DNA from: a bacterium
GTDB lineage: Bacteria > JAHJDO01
Length of the DNA stretch: 51,787 nucleotides
Assembly: GCA_043824255.1 (NCBI GenBank)
Contig: JBDRTG010000025.1
Location: forward strand, 1-51,787
Direction of reading: 5' to 3'
Below the pieces are notes generated by a model, which was not told the origin of the DNA, ran no database searches, and saw only the letters and a program-made list of their open reading frames with translations. Below, in pieces: positions 9,876 to 19,895 of the stretch; the stretch's first letter is position 1, and every line of letters starts with the position of its first letter. The translations under genes were made by a program, and so were the position numbers.

Positions 9876-10197
9876 TGTCGTCCTTCCTCTGGTTTTTTTT
9901 GAACTGGCTGAAGTTGCTCTGAATCTGCGGATGGCCGGGAGCCAGTTTCAAGGCCAGCTCATATTGGCGTTGGGCTTCTTCGTAGCGACCCAGGCTTTCC
10001 AGGGCCACGGCCATGTTGTTGTGCAGGGCGGCCGAGTCATTTCCCGCTGCCAGCGCTTTCTGCAAGCGGTAAGAGGCCTCCTGCCACAGCCCTTCTTTGG
10101 CCAACTTGCCGGCAAACTCGAAATCGGAGCGGTAGCTATGGACGGCGCATGCGGTTATTGAAAAAACGCATAGGATCAGCAAGATGATTTTTTTCAA
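9865..10197 (-). CDS. Small TPR-repeat lipoprotein
   Basis: TTG start with AGGGAGG RBS; lipobox ITAC; TPR-like ALHNNMAVALESLGRYEEAQRQYELALKLAP. Confidence 0.8.
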   Translation of the reverse strand: MKKIILLILCVFSITACAVHSYRSDFEFAGKLAKEGLWQEASYRLQKALAAGNDSAALHNNMAVALESLGRYEEAQRQYELALKLAPGHPQIQSNFSQFKKNQRKDDNEK

Positions 10198-10492
10198 TTC
10201 AACCTCCCTTTAAACACCAGGTGCAAGATACGATACAACTCCAAATTTCCAAACAAAATTTGCCTTTGTTTCTTGCATTTTTTTTCATGGATATAAAGTA
10301 AATAATGCATTAAAAATACTTTTTTTTCAATCTTTCCGTTCCCATCCTTTAAATTCGTTACTAAAGTTCTATGGTTTTTAGCCGTATTTTTTATTCACTT
10401 GTGCCAATTTCCTTATACCTTTCTTTCCGCATACCGTCCGCCATCCTCCGTACATCGATCTTTGCCCTCGAATTCGAACTCTTTTCTTGCCT

Positions 10493-10520
10493 CGTCACGC
10501 GTCACGTGTTACGCGTCACG
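10493..10520. repeat. Heptamer tandem repeat
   Basis: CGTCACG CGTCACG TGTTACG CGTCACG. Confidence 0.7.
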
Positions 10521-10530
10521 AAGTTTTTTC

Positions 10531-10559
10531 TTGACTTTGCCTACCGCAGCGGGTATAAT
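10531..10559 (+). promoter_or_regulatory. Near-consensus sigma70 promoter of the tRNA gene
   Basis: TTGACT (10531-10536), 17 bp spacer, TATAAT (10554-10559), 12 bp before the tRNA 5' end. Confidence 0.85.
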
Positions 10560-10571
10560 GCTTTTTAGGAT

Positions 10572-10648
10572 CGCGGGGTGGAGCAGTCAGGTAGCTCATT
10601 GGGCTCATAACCCAAAGGTCGTAGGTTCAAATCCTACCCCCGCTACCA
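10572..10648 (+). tRNA. Initiator tRNA-fMet (CAT)
   Basis: Acceptor CGCGGGG/CCCCGCT with C1:U72 mismatch; anticodon arm TTGGG-CTCATAA-CCCAA with three consecutive G-C pairs; T-loop GGTTCAAATCC; encoded CCA. Confidence 0.97.
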
Positions 10649-10795
10649 AGTGTAAATCCTTAGTTTCAAGTAGTCATATTGCTTTCCTGTTACCTGCTAA
10701 AAATACTTGGCAAGATGTCTTTTTATTTATATAATTCCTGAGAAGATTAAAAATACTTCTAGCATATATAATATCTAACTTATAGGAGATAAATA

Positions 10796-11176
10796 GTGAA
10801 AAACTACAGTGAAAAAGTGATGGAGCATTTCAGAAACCCACGGAACGTAGGTGAAATAAAAAATCCAGATGGTATTGGGCATGTAGGGAATCCTGTTTGT
10901 GGAGATATTATGGAGCTGTATATTAAAGTAAAAAACAATGTTATTGTAGATGCTAAATTTAAGACCTTTGGATGTGGTGCAGCTATAGCTACAAGCAGTA
11001 TGGTTACTGAATTAGTTAAAGGAAAAACCATAGACGAAGCACTTAAGATATCAAATCGAGCAGTAGCAGAAGCATTGGGTGGACTTCCACATATAAAAAT
11101 GCATTGTTCGGTTTTGGCAGAGGAGGCACTCAAATCAGCAATTAATGACTATCTAAAAAAATCCACAAGAAAGTAA
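10796..11176 (+). CDS. iscU: Fe-S cluster scaffold protein IscU/NifU-N
   Basis: YSEKVMEHFRNPRNVG, GNPVCGD, FKTFGCGAAIA, KMHCS (three conserved Cys); GTG start with AGGAG RBS. Confidence 0.93.
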   Translation: MKNYSEKVMEHFRNPRNVGEIKNPDGIGHVGNPVCGDIMELYIKVKNNVIVDAKFKTFGCGAAIATSSMVTELVKGKTIDEALKISNRAVAEALGGLPHIKMHCSVLAEEALKSAINDYLKKSTRK

Positions 11177-11201
11177 ATATTCACTGAACTCCGTTACATA
11201 A

Positions 11202-11325
11202 AAATCCGAAATTCTAAATCCGAAACTCGAAACACTTTCAGTATTAAGTCATAAGGATTAAGAATTAAGTAAAAAACGTCACGCACTATAAACTTAATTC
11301 TTAGAGCGAAGCGTCTTAATCCTTA
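11202..11325. repeat. Heptamer-periodic repeats and inverted repeat between convergent genes (possible terminator)
   Basis: AAATCCG AAATTCT AAATCCG AAACTCG; TAAGAATTAAGT (11259-11270) pairs with ACTTAATTCTTA (11292-11303); TAAGGATTAAGA pairs with TCTTAATCCTTA (11314-11325). Confidence 0.6.
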
Positions 11326-11940
11326 ATTTTGATTCAGATGAGATGTGTCATTAATTAGTGATATTATCTGTGTGTTGTCTGTATTCTCAATAATATTTAA
11401 TGCAGCATTATCCTGTTTTATCTTCCAGAACACAGTCTCTAACGCATTTAGAGAAAGTATTTTACTCAATATTATCCTTATTGGACCTCCATGAGTTACA
11501 ATAACAACATTATTCTCTCTTGCACTGTTTAATATTTCATTAAATGCTGTCTCAACTCTTCTTTTTAGTTCCAATATCGATTCCCCTTGAGGCATTGTGA
11601 AACCCATTATATTATTCTGCCACTCAGAAAATTCCTGAGGAAAACTCTTCTGAATTTCTTGAAAACCTAACCCTTCCCAATTCCCAAAGTTGATTTCCCT
11701 TAGGTCTTCCTTTAATTCAACACTTATTCTGTGAGGCTTTGCTATTATTTCTGCAGTTTTAAATGCTCTTTTTAAACTACTGCTGTAAATTCTGCAAATA
11801 TTTTCCTTTTCTAATCTTTTACTTGCTAATCCAGCTTGGTTTATGCCCTCTTCATTTAACTCCACATCAGTAATACCAAAATATTTTAGTGTGCTGTTGC
11901 CAGAAGTCTGGCCATGTCTAACAATGAATATTTTCCCCAC
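11323..11940 (-). CDS. Histidine phosphatase family (CobC/phosphoglycerate mutase-like)
   Basis: VRHGQT, YSSSLKRA, LREINFGNWEG, VTHGGPIR, INDTSHL. Confidence 0.9.
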   Translation of the reverse strand: MGKIFIVRHGQTSGNSTLKYFGITDVELNEEGINQAGLASKRLEKENICRIYSSSLKRAFKTAEIIAKPHRISVELKEDLREINFGNWEGLGFQEIQKSFPQEFSEWQNNIMGFTMPQGESILELKRRVETAFNEILNSARENNVVIVTHGGPIRIILSKILSLNALETVFWKIKQDNAALNIIENTDNTQIISLINDTSHLNQN

Positions 11941-12766
11941 TCATTGACTCCTTGCACTCCTTTAATCTCTCAACATATTCATAGGGTATTCTTACACTCC
12001 CCATTAGAACCTGATCTTTTGCCTCTCCATGACAGTCAGAACCGCCTGTAACTAATAGTCCATACTCTTTTGCCATTTTTTCGTAATGCTCGGCACTTTC
12101 CTTGGACTGATGATTATAGAACGCCTCTATACCACCTAATCCCTTTTTTAGGAGGTCTATTATAATGTCATCTCTGTGAAGTAGCATTGGATGTGCAAGT
12201 ATAGAGATACCTCCCATGCGATGTATTAATGAAATAGTTTCATCTGAACTCAATTTGCGCCTTGAAACATAACACGCTTTTCTATCTCCTATATGCTTGT
12301 TAAAGGCTTCTGCAACATATTCTACGTATCCCTTCTTTTTCATAACTTGTGCAAGATGAAGTCTTCCTATTATTCCTCCTTTTGCCAGTTCTGAGACCTC
12401 CTCAAATTTTATATTCATTCCAAATTGAGCTAATTTAGATATCATTTTCTTCATTCGGCTAATTCTTTGCACAGACAGGGTTTTAAGTGTGTCTTGCAAT
12501 GTTTTATTTTCCCAATCTATAAATAGCCCCAGAATATGTACTTCTACGCCTCTCTCATCTGTAGCTAATTCTACTCCGGGGATAACTTCAACATTCATAT
12601 CCTTGCCAGCCTTGATTGCTCCAGGAATGGCCTGAACAGTATCATGATCTGTTATTGCTATTGCGTGTATGCCTTTTTTGGCTGCTTCCTGTACCACTCT
12701 TCTTGGCGAGAAGGTTCCATCTGAAGCAATAGTGTGAATATGCAGGTCAGCGCATTTGTTCTTCAT
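11918..12766 (-). CDS. PHP-domain phosphoesterase (YciV/TrpH-like)
   Basis: DLHIHTIASDG, AITDHD, IPGVE, HILG, LAHP, TGGSDCHG. Confidence 0.9.
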   Translation of the reverse strand: MKNKCADLHIHTIASDGTFSPRRVVQEAAKKGIHAIAITDHDTVQAIPGAIKAGKDMNVEVIPGVELATDERGVEVHILGLFIDWENKTLQDTLKTLSVQRISRMKKMISKLAQFGMNIKFEEVSELAKGGIIGRLHLAQVMKKKGYVEYVAEAFNKHIGDRKACYVSRRKLSSDETISLIHRMGGISILAHPMLLHRDDIIIDLLKKGLGGIEAFYNHQSKESAEHYEKMAKEYGLLVTGGSDCHGEAKDQVLMGSVRIPYEYVERLKECKESMSGENIHC

Positions 12767-13823
12767 ATTTTTCTATGCTTTCTTTACCTGAGAGGACACC
12801 TATTTCCAAATGATATTCTCTTTTTTCTCCGGGTTTCATAAACTGGAGGGCTTTAGCTTCTCTCTCTTTTGCTCTGCCTCCCACCATGCAATTTGCAGGC
12901 TCTATGCCAACCACATATGTTCCTTCCCCATTCATTTTCCATTCAATAAATCGCGGAAGCTCTCTCTTGAGGTATTTGACGTAGAAACCGAATCCTTCTC
13001 CGTTATCACACGTTTTATTTACAAGCGCTGCTGTTACAAATCCATCCTTATCCTCAGCCATATCAAGATAATATACTCGTTCCTTGAACCCATGTATTGG
13101 ACCAGTGAACTGATTATATTTTCCCTGTTCTATCTTTGCTTCATCATCCCTCGGCGAGACACTATTTACTTGAGCAATTAAACTTGATCCTTCATCAACT
13201 GCCGGGTAGCCTCCGTTAATGTGATACAGTATCATATGAGGAACATCTTCAAATCCTAAGTTTTCTACTACATCGTGGATAAACAGTCTGCTTTCACCCA
13301 GCCTTGCTGTAATTTCTCTCGTTAAACAGATATTTTCGTTAAAAACCTTTGACTGGGTAACTTTTCCTTTTATCTTCATGATATAATCATTGTCTTTCCA
13401 TTCGGATTGAGTGAAAATATCAATAGCCGGTATGTTTGATATCCTTCCATGCAGTCCCAGTTTTTCTCCATTATCTACGCAAGGCATACCTGCCTGAGTC
13501 AGCCCGCATGTGAGGAGCAATCCTCCATAAAAGCTTCTTAACCATTCAAATTCTTCTGGCTCATAATAACTTGGCGATACATCACCTGTCTGCGATCTCC
13601 AGCACAAGGGCTTACCATTATACTGCGCAAAAGAGATATCCATACCCCTGGATGGAAGAACTGTAAAAGAAAAACCCGAACCTGTTCTAACATCAGCAAC
13701 CTCAACACCCTTTCCTCTTCCTTCTAAAAGCGTATATCTTTTTATACCAGCAAGTTGCGAAATACTTCCAACTTTTTTTAGTAATGTTTTCTTATCTATC
13801 CTTTTACCGTATAAGACAGCCAT
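12747..13823 (-). CDS. Aldose 1-epimerase-like protein (DUF4432)
   Basis: LPSRGMDI, FYGGLLLTCG, LHGRISNIPA, MILYHINGG, YVVGIEP. Confidence 0.8.
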   Translation of the reverse strand: MAVLYGKRIDKKTLLKKVGSISQLAGIKRYTLLEGRGKGVEVADVRTGSGFSFTVLPSRGMDISFAQYNGKPLCWRSQTGDVSPSYYEPEEFEWLRSFYGGLLLTCGLTQAGMPCVDNGEKLGLHGRISNIPAIDIFTQSEWKDNDYIMKIKGKVTQSKVFNENICLTREITARLGESRLFIHDVVENLGFEDVPHMILYHINGGYPAVDEGSSLIAQVNSVSPRDDEAKIEQGKYNQFTGPIHGFKERVYYLDMAEDKDGFVTAALVNKTCDNGEGFGFYVKYLKRELPRFIEWKMNGEGTYVVGIEPANCMVGGRAKEREAKALQFMKPGEKREYHLEIGVLSGKESIEKYEEQMR

Positions 13824-13835
13824 TTTTACCCCCTA

Positions 13836-14630
13836 TTATTCTATGTTCTTAAAATCTGCAGTTATATTAGCTATTTCTGCAAATTTATCTTTAACCATGT
13901 CTGTGCTTTGCCCCATTCTGTAGGTATCCTTGTCAAGCCGAGCTTCTGGATTAAGTTCTTCCAATACATTGTCTTGATTAAGATTTGGGTTTTTATGCGC
14001 GTAGGGCCACAGCCGAAATGAGCCTCCTGAAATCTCATCTATTAGATACACCTCTCCATCAATAATACCATATTCCAGCTTGATATCTATTAACTGAATA
14101 TCAAAATACGCAAAGGCTGCCTCAAGATATCCGAAAGCCTGTTCATTAATTCTTTTCATCACAGCATATTCAGAACCATTCTTTGCCCTTATGATATAGT
14201 CAATATAAGCGTCATCCAGCATCGGATCATGTAACGGATCATCCTTATAGTGAAATTGGGTAATTACAGGATCGTATCTCTGCCCCTCAATAGCACTACT
14301 CCATTTCAGAATAGAGCCTGCAGCAACTCTTCTTGATACAACTTCAAGGTTAATTTTTCTGTCAAGTTTTTTTACAAGCACTACTTTCTCTTCAGGACTT
14401 GAGATATAATGAGTTTTAACTCCTTTTCTATTAAGAAGTTCAAATGTATCTCTATTAGTTTTCCAGTCAATTAAAGCCTTGCCCTCTATCACATCATGTT
14501 TTACCCCATCACCTGCTGTTATATCGTCCTTGAAGACCATATAAACTGTTTTCTCATCCTCAGCATTTCTATAAATTATTTTTGTCTTCCCTTCTGCTAT
14601 TTTGTCCATGGATTTAAAATCAATTGACAT
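13836..14630 (-). CDS. purC: SAICAR synthetase
   Basis: EGKTKIIY, FKDDITAGDG, LEVVSRRVAAGS, YKDDPLHDP, LIDIKLEYG, DEI, LDKDTYR. Confidence 0.9.
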   Translation of the reverse strand: MSIDFKSMDKIAEGKTKIIYRNAEDEKTVYMVFKDDITAGDGVKHDVIEGKALIDWKTNRDTFELLNRKGVKTHYISSPEEKVVLVKKLDRKINLEVVSRRVAAGSILKWSSAIEGQRYDPVITQFHYKDDPLHDPMLDDAYIDYIIRAKNGSEYAVMKRINEQAFGYLEAAFAYFDIQLIDIKLEYGIIDGEVYLIDEISGGSFRLWPYAHKNPNLNQDNVLEELNPEARLDKDTYRMGQSTDMVKDKFAEIANITADFKNIE

Positions 14631-14642
14631 AATCTCCTCTCT

Positions 14643-16412
14643 TTACAGTTTGTTACCTCTGTTTTTTATATACCATTTAAATATCTGTTTTGCAATAGGC
14701 GCAGCCACTCTCCCCCCTTCCCCACCGTGTTCAACAATAACTATAAGAGCAATCTGTGGATTTTTTGCAGGAGCAAAAGCAACAAACATAGCGTGATCCC
14801 TGAATTTATACGGAATATCTCTGTATTTAGTAATATGTTTCATTTTTACTACTTGCACTGTGCTTGTTTTGCCTGCAATTTCCAATCCCTTAACCTGTGC
14901 AAATTTACCGGTTCCTTCATCACTTACAACCTCACAAAGAGCCTTTTTAATTTCTTTTATTACTTCCTTAGAACATGGCAACTTACCTATCTGCTCAGGC
15001 GGTGTCTGCAAAAGAATTCTAGGTTTGTACATAGTTCCCCCATTGGCTACTGCACTAATCAGGTTTATTAGTTGAATAGGAGTTACTAAGAGATAGGACT
15101 GGCCTATTGACAACAGCGCTGTATCTCCAGAATACCAAGTCCTCTTTTTTCTCCAGCTTTTATCTGGTATAAGCCCAGCTTTTTCTTCAGGAAGCTTTAT
15201 GCCTGTAAGTTTGCCGAATCCGCATTTATCCGCAAAATCTGCAATCCTATTAACCCCCAATAACAGTCCTAGTCTATAAAAATAAACATCACATGAATCT
15301 TTTATAGCATTATACATATTCATATATCCATGGCCTGCTCTATCCCAGCAATAGAATATCCCTTCCCCAACTTTCAAGTGCCCTTTGCAATCTAATTCTT
15401 GAGAGCAAGTTACAACATGATATTTCAAGCCTGCAGTAGCTATAAGTATCTTAAATATTGAACCGGGAGCATATAAAGCAGAAATAGCTCTGTTAAGTAA
15501 AGGTGCATCCTTTTTGGCTAAAGCGTCTAAATCTGTTTGCAGAACAGGTGTATTGAAAATCTCAGGGTCATAAGAAGGACTGCTTGCCATTGCGAGTATA
15601 TCTCCATTTTGAGGATTCATAACGATTATTGTCCCTGTCTTATCCTCTAATAATTTGCTTACAAATTCTTGCATGTGCTTATCAATTGTAAGAATAACAT
15701 TGCTGCCTCTTTCCGGCTTTTTTTCTACAAGCAATGCTACTTGTTCCCCTCTAGAATTAACCTCAATCTGTTTTCCTCCATCAGATCCCTTCAGGGAATT
15801 ATCAAAAGCTTCCTCAACTCCTCCTTCTCCCTTAAATTCATTGTATTGAAATATATGATACTGCTTCTTTTCAATCTTCCCTTCTCTAATTTGTCTAACA
15901 TGTCCTGTTATATGTGCTGCACTTTCTCCTAATATATATTTTCGCCGAGGCTCTATCTGAATAAATATTCCTGAAAGGAGAGAGCTTCTCTCTTCAATCA
16001 ATATTACTTTCTCCAAACTAATATTTGATGCAAGTTTGATACCAGAGTACTCCTTAGAGTTTAAATCGTAGAGTTTCCTCATTATAAAAGTTCGTTCTAA
16101 GCCAAGAATCTCGGAGAGTAATTTGACTGTTGCGCCTATGTCTTTTATTTCATTTGGGACTGCTAACACATTAAAAGAACTGACATTTTTAACAAGGAGA
16201 TTTTCATATCTATCGTATATGCAACCTCGTTGGGCATTGATATGGATTAAGCGTATCCTGTTGGACTTTGCTCTATCGCTAAACTGGTTCCCTCTTATGA
16301 GCTGCAAGTACCACAAGCGAGATATAATAACCAAAAAACATGCCAGTAATATCCAAGCAACGTTCTTTATTCTTTTCTTTATATTCGCAGTTTCTTTTTT
16401 ATCATGTAACAT
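14643..16412 (-). CDS. mrdA: Penicillin-binding protein 2 (class B transpeptidase)
   Basis: RLWYLQ, RGCIYDR, PGSIFK (SxxK), SCDVYFY, AGKTST, DHAMF; follows mreBCD. Confidence 0.92.
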   Translation of the reverse strand: MLHDKKETANIKKRIKNVAWILLACFLVIISRLWYLQLIRGNQFSDRAKSNRIRLIHINAQRGCIYDRYENLLVKNVSSFNVLAVPNEIKDIGATVKLLSEILGLERTFIMRKLYDLNSKEYSGIKLASNISLEKVILIEERSSLLSGIFIQIEPRRKYILGESAAHITGHVRQIREGKIEKKQYHIFQYNEFKGEGGVEEAFDNSLKGSDGGKQIEVNSRGEQVALLVEKKPERGSNVILTIDKHMQEFVSKLLEDKTGTIIVMNPQNGDILAMASSPSYDPEIFNTPVLQTDLDALAKKDAPLLNRAISALYAPGSIFKILIATAGLKYHVVTCSQELDCKGHLKVGEGIFYCWDRAGHGYMNMYNAIKDSCDVYFYRLGLLLGVNRIADFADKCGFGKLTGIKLPEEKAGLIPDKSWRKKRTWYSGDTALLSIGQSYLLVTPIQLINLISAVANGGTMYKPRILLQTPPEQIGKLPCSKEVIKEIKKALCEVVSDEGTGKFAQVKGLEIAGKTSTVQVVKMKHITKYRDIPYKFRDHAMFVAFAPAKNPQIALIVIVEHGGEGGRVAAPIAKQIFKWYIKNRGNKL

Positions 16413-16906
16413 GCTTTATAGATTGTATCTCCCAATACAAAAACATAATCAAAAAACTTGAAAAGAATAAGGCTGACTATTACGTTGTACAGAATAATAA
16501 CCACCGTATTTCTTGCCAAATATAACAATGTATTCATATTTTGATTTAGTAAGATGGATGTTGAATATAACACTACCCTATCCGCAAGACTAACTATTGC
16601 TATTATTAAAATTTTTACAAATTTCTCGTTAACGAATAATCTTCTTGATAAGAATTGGGTAACGAATGCATCAACTTGTTTACAAATAAGCTGTATTCCA
16701 AAAATAGTGCCTGAAAATCCATCTGCAAAAATACCGCCAATCAATGCAACTGCTAATCCCTTATATATCTTTTTATCTAAATTGGCGTAAACTACTAGAA
16801 TCAATAATAAATCCGGCCTTGCGCCAAAAATCTCCAATTTATCAAAAACCGATGTTTGGAAAACGATTGAAAATATGGCTAGAAAGAGCCAGATAAGCAG
16901 TTTCAT
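16379..16906 (-). CDS. mreD: Rod shape-determining protein MreD
   Basis: Hydrophobic, RPDLLLILVV motif, located between mreC and mrdA. Confidence 0.85.
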   Translation of the reverse strand: MKLLIWLFLAIFSIVFQTSVFDKLEIFGARPDLLLILVVYANLDKKIYKGLAVALIGGIFADGFSGTIFGIQLICKQVDAFVTQFLSRRLFVNEKFVKILIIAIVSLADRVVLYSTSILLNQNMNTLLYLARNTVVIILYNVIVSLILFKFFDYVFVLGDTIYKACYMIKKKLRI

Positions 16907-17690
16907 TATTTGTCTTTAATTACTGCAACCTTGTCAAGTGTTCGAATATTTGCGTAAGGAAGAACATATACAATCTGGAAAATATCATACGGTTTTTTGT
17001 CTATTCTGAAGACTTTGCCAACTTCTATTCCTCCAGGATATATTCCTCCTCCCCCGGAAGTATATACCTTGTTTCCTACTTCTATATTTTCTTCTACAGA
17101 TATATATTTTATAATGCAATAATTGCCTTTACCTTGCATAACTCCTCTTACGGAATTTTTACCAACAGATACACCTGCTTTGCAATTTGGATTTAGAATA
17201 GTTATAACCCTGGTTGAGTATGCTCCTACATCCTGTGTTATTCCTATAATGCCCCGTGCTGTCACAACTGGCATATTCTTCTCAATATTATCCTTTTCTC
17301 CTTTGTCAATTATTACTGAATCATACAAACCTGTTATATCTCCCGCAATAATCTCTGCAAAAATTATCTGATAATTATATTTATTCTTGATCTCTAAAAG
17401 TTCTCTTAATTTCTTATTCTCTGTACGTAAAGATCTCAACAACCTTATCTCTATTGATAAGCTTTCAATCTCCTTTTCTAGAGCATCCTCCTTAGAACGC
17501 ATTTCCCTTACAGAGAGAATAGCTTTTTTTAGATTTACACCAGATTTGTATGCAGAGTTCGTTAATTTCTGAAATGGATATAAGAGATTTAAAAATACTG
17601 ATCGGACATTATCTTGTGAATAATTATGACTGACGGTGAGTATAATAATGCAGGCGCATAAAATAATAACAGAAACTAAAACACGCTTCA

Positions 17691-17691
<1 letters not shown>
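16906..17691 (-). CDS. mreC: Rod shape-determining protein MreC
   Basis: N-terminal TM, coiled coil ENKKLRELL, IDKG, TSGGGGIYPGGIEVG. Confidence 0.9.
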
Positions 17692-18764
<1,073 letters not shown>

Positions 18765-18792
18765 CTAAAAATATCACACAAGACAGACTAGG

Positions 18793-19110
18793 TCAAGGCA
18801 AAGTATGATTCGGGCAAACAGGATTCTTGCCTATAGGATTAACAATATACGCTTTAGTGCCGGATGGACACTCTAATTTTTCAGGAAGACACTCTGGAAC
18901 CAAATCCTCCATAGTACAATTAGCTCCATTCTCTCTCTTATTGCCAGCTGCCCATTTCTGCTTTGCCCATACAATTTTCCTCATATTGGTTAAGCACGTT
19001 TCCTTCCTATAAGCTACCTGATCCTTAATATAACTAGGCACTGCCATTACACCTAAGAGGAAAATCACAACTATAATAATTAAAAAATCTGTTCTGTCTA
19101 ATCTTCTCAT
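18793..19110 (-). CDS. Small pilin-like protein with degenerate prepilin motif
   Basis: Hydrophobic N-terminus ending MAVPSY, then CLTNMRKI...KQKWA...CPSG..Y......PVCPNH pattern of short pilin/pseudopilin globular domains; no GFTLxE. Confidence 0.6.
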   Translation of the reverse strand: MRRLDRTDFLIIIVVIFLLGVMAVPSYIKDQVAYRKETCLTNMRKIVWAKQKWAAGNKRENGANCTMEDLVPECLPEKLECPSGTKAYIVNPIGKNPVCPNHTLP

Positions 19111-19157
19111 ATCACAATCAATTAAAAATTTAAAATTAGAAATTAAGAATTATGCTT

Positions 19158-19895
19158 TCATGGGTACATCTCATCCTTAACTGTTTCGCCCCTTTGTTCC
19201 ATTTCAATATATTTTTCCATTTTCTTTATGTGTCTTCCTGCAACCTCAGATTGCGACCAATTTTTATATCCTTTTTTCTTCACAGATTCCCATATTTCCA
19301 AAGATTTTTGCCAGTTATGCTGCTTTGCATAGCTATGAGCAAGAATGTGAGAAACATACATTGGATGGTCTTTACACTGCCCAGCTAATGCGAAGTACTT
19401 AGCAGCTTCTGCATATAATTTCAACTTATGGTAATAAACCCAACCGCACTCAAAGAATAAATCATACTTATCTTGATTAAATTTTATGCCTTCTTTTAGT
19501 ATATTAACATCTGCCCAATAGCATTTTTCTTTTATTTCAGGATCCTTTACAGCTGCACTGAGGTTATATCCGATATGCCATGCCCATAAAATCCATGCGT
19601 CAAGAAAATGCGGGTCAAGCCATGTAATTGTTCTGAAAAGAGGAAACATTTTCTCTTGCTGCTGATGATCCCAGTAGTAATCTATTCTAAGCCACATTAA
19701 ATCTACAACAATATCCTTGAAACCAAATAAAGTTGCTCCTAAAAATTCCCCGGCTGGAGCAGTAACTAATTTTCGTTCTGGATGCAGCTCATCCAAATCC
19801 TTATCTATGCTCTTATGCAACGGAATGATTACAACTAGCAATATTAAAATAATAAGAAGAAATATGAAATGTATCTTTTGAGGTCTAAATTTCAT
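19158..19895 (-). CDS. Membrane-anchored TPR-like hypothetical protein
   Basis: N-terminal TM; VDLMWLR, TITWLDPHF, LKEGIKFN, GWVYY..LKLYAEAAKYF pattern of proteins accompanying pilin-associated ABC permeases. Confidence 0.65.
   Translation of the reverse strand: MKFRPQKIHFIFLLIILILLVVIIPLHKSIDKDLDELHPERKLVTAPAGEFLGATLFGFKDIVVDLMWLRIDYYWDHQQQEKMFPLFRTITWLDPHFLDAWILWAWHIGYNLSAAVKDPEIKEKCYWADVNILKEGIKFNQDKYDLFFECGWVYYHKLKLYAEAAKYFALAGQCKDHPMYVSHILAHSYAKQHNWQKSLEIWESVKKKGYKNWSQSEVAGRHIKKMEKYIEMEQRGETVKDEMYP

Noticed and set aside
10371..10734. ORFs 10371-10568 and 10399-10734
   Set aside because: They run through the heptamer repeat, promoter and tRNA; the translations are spurious
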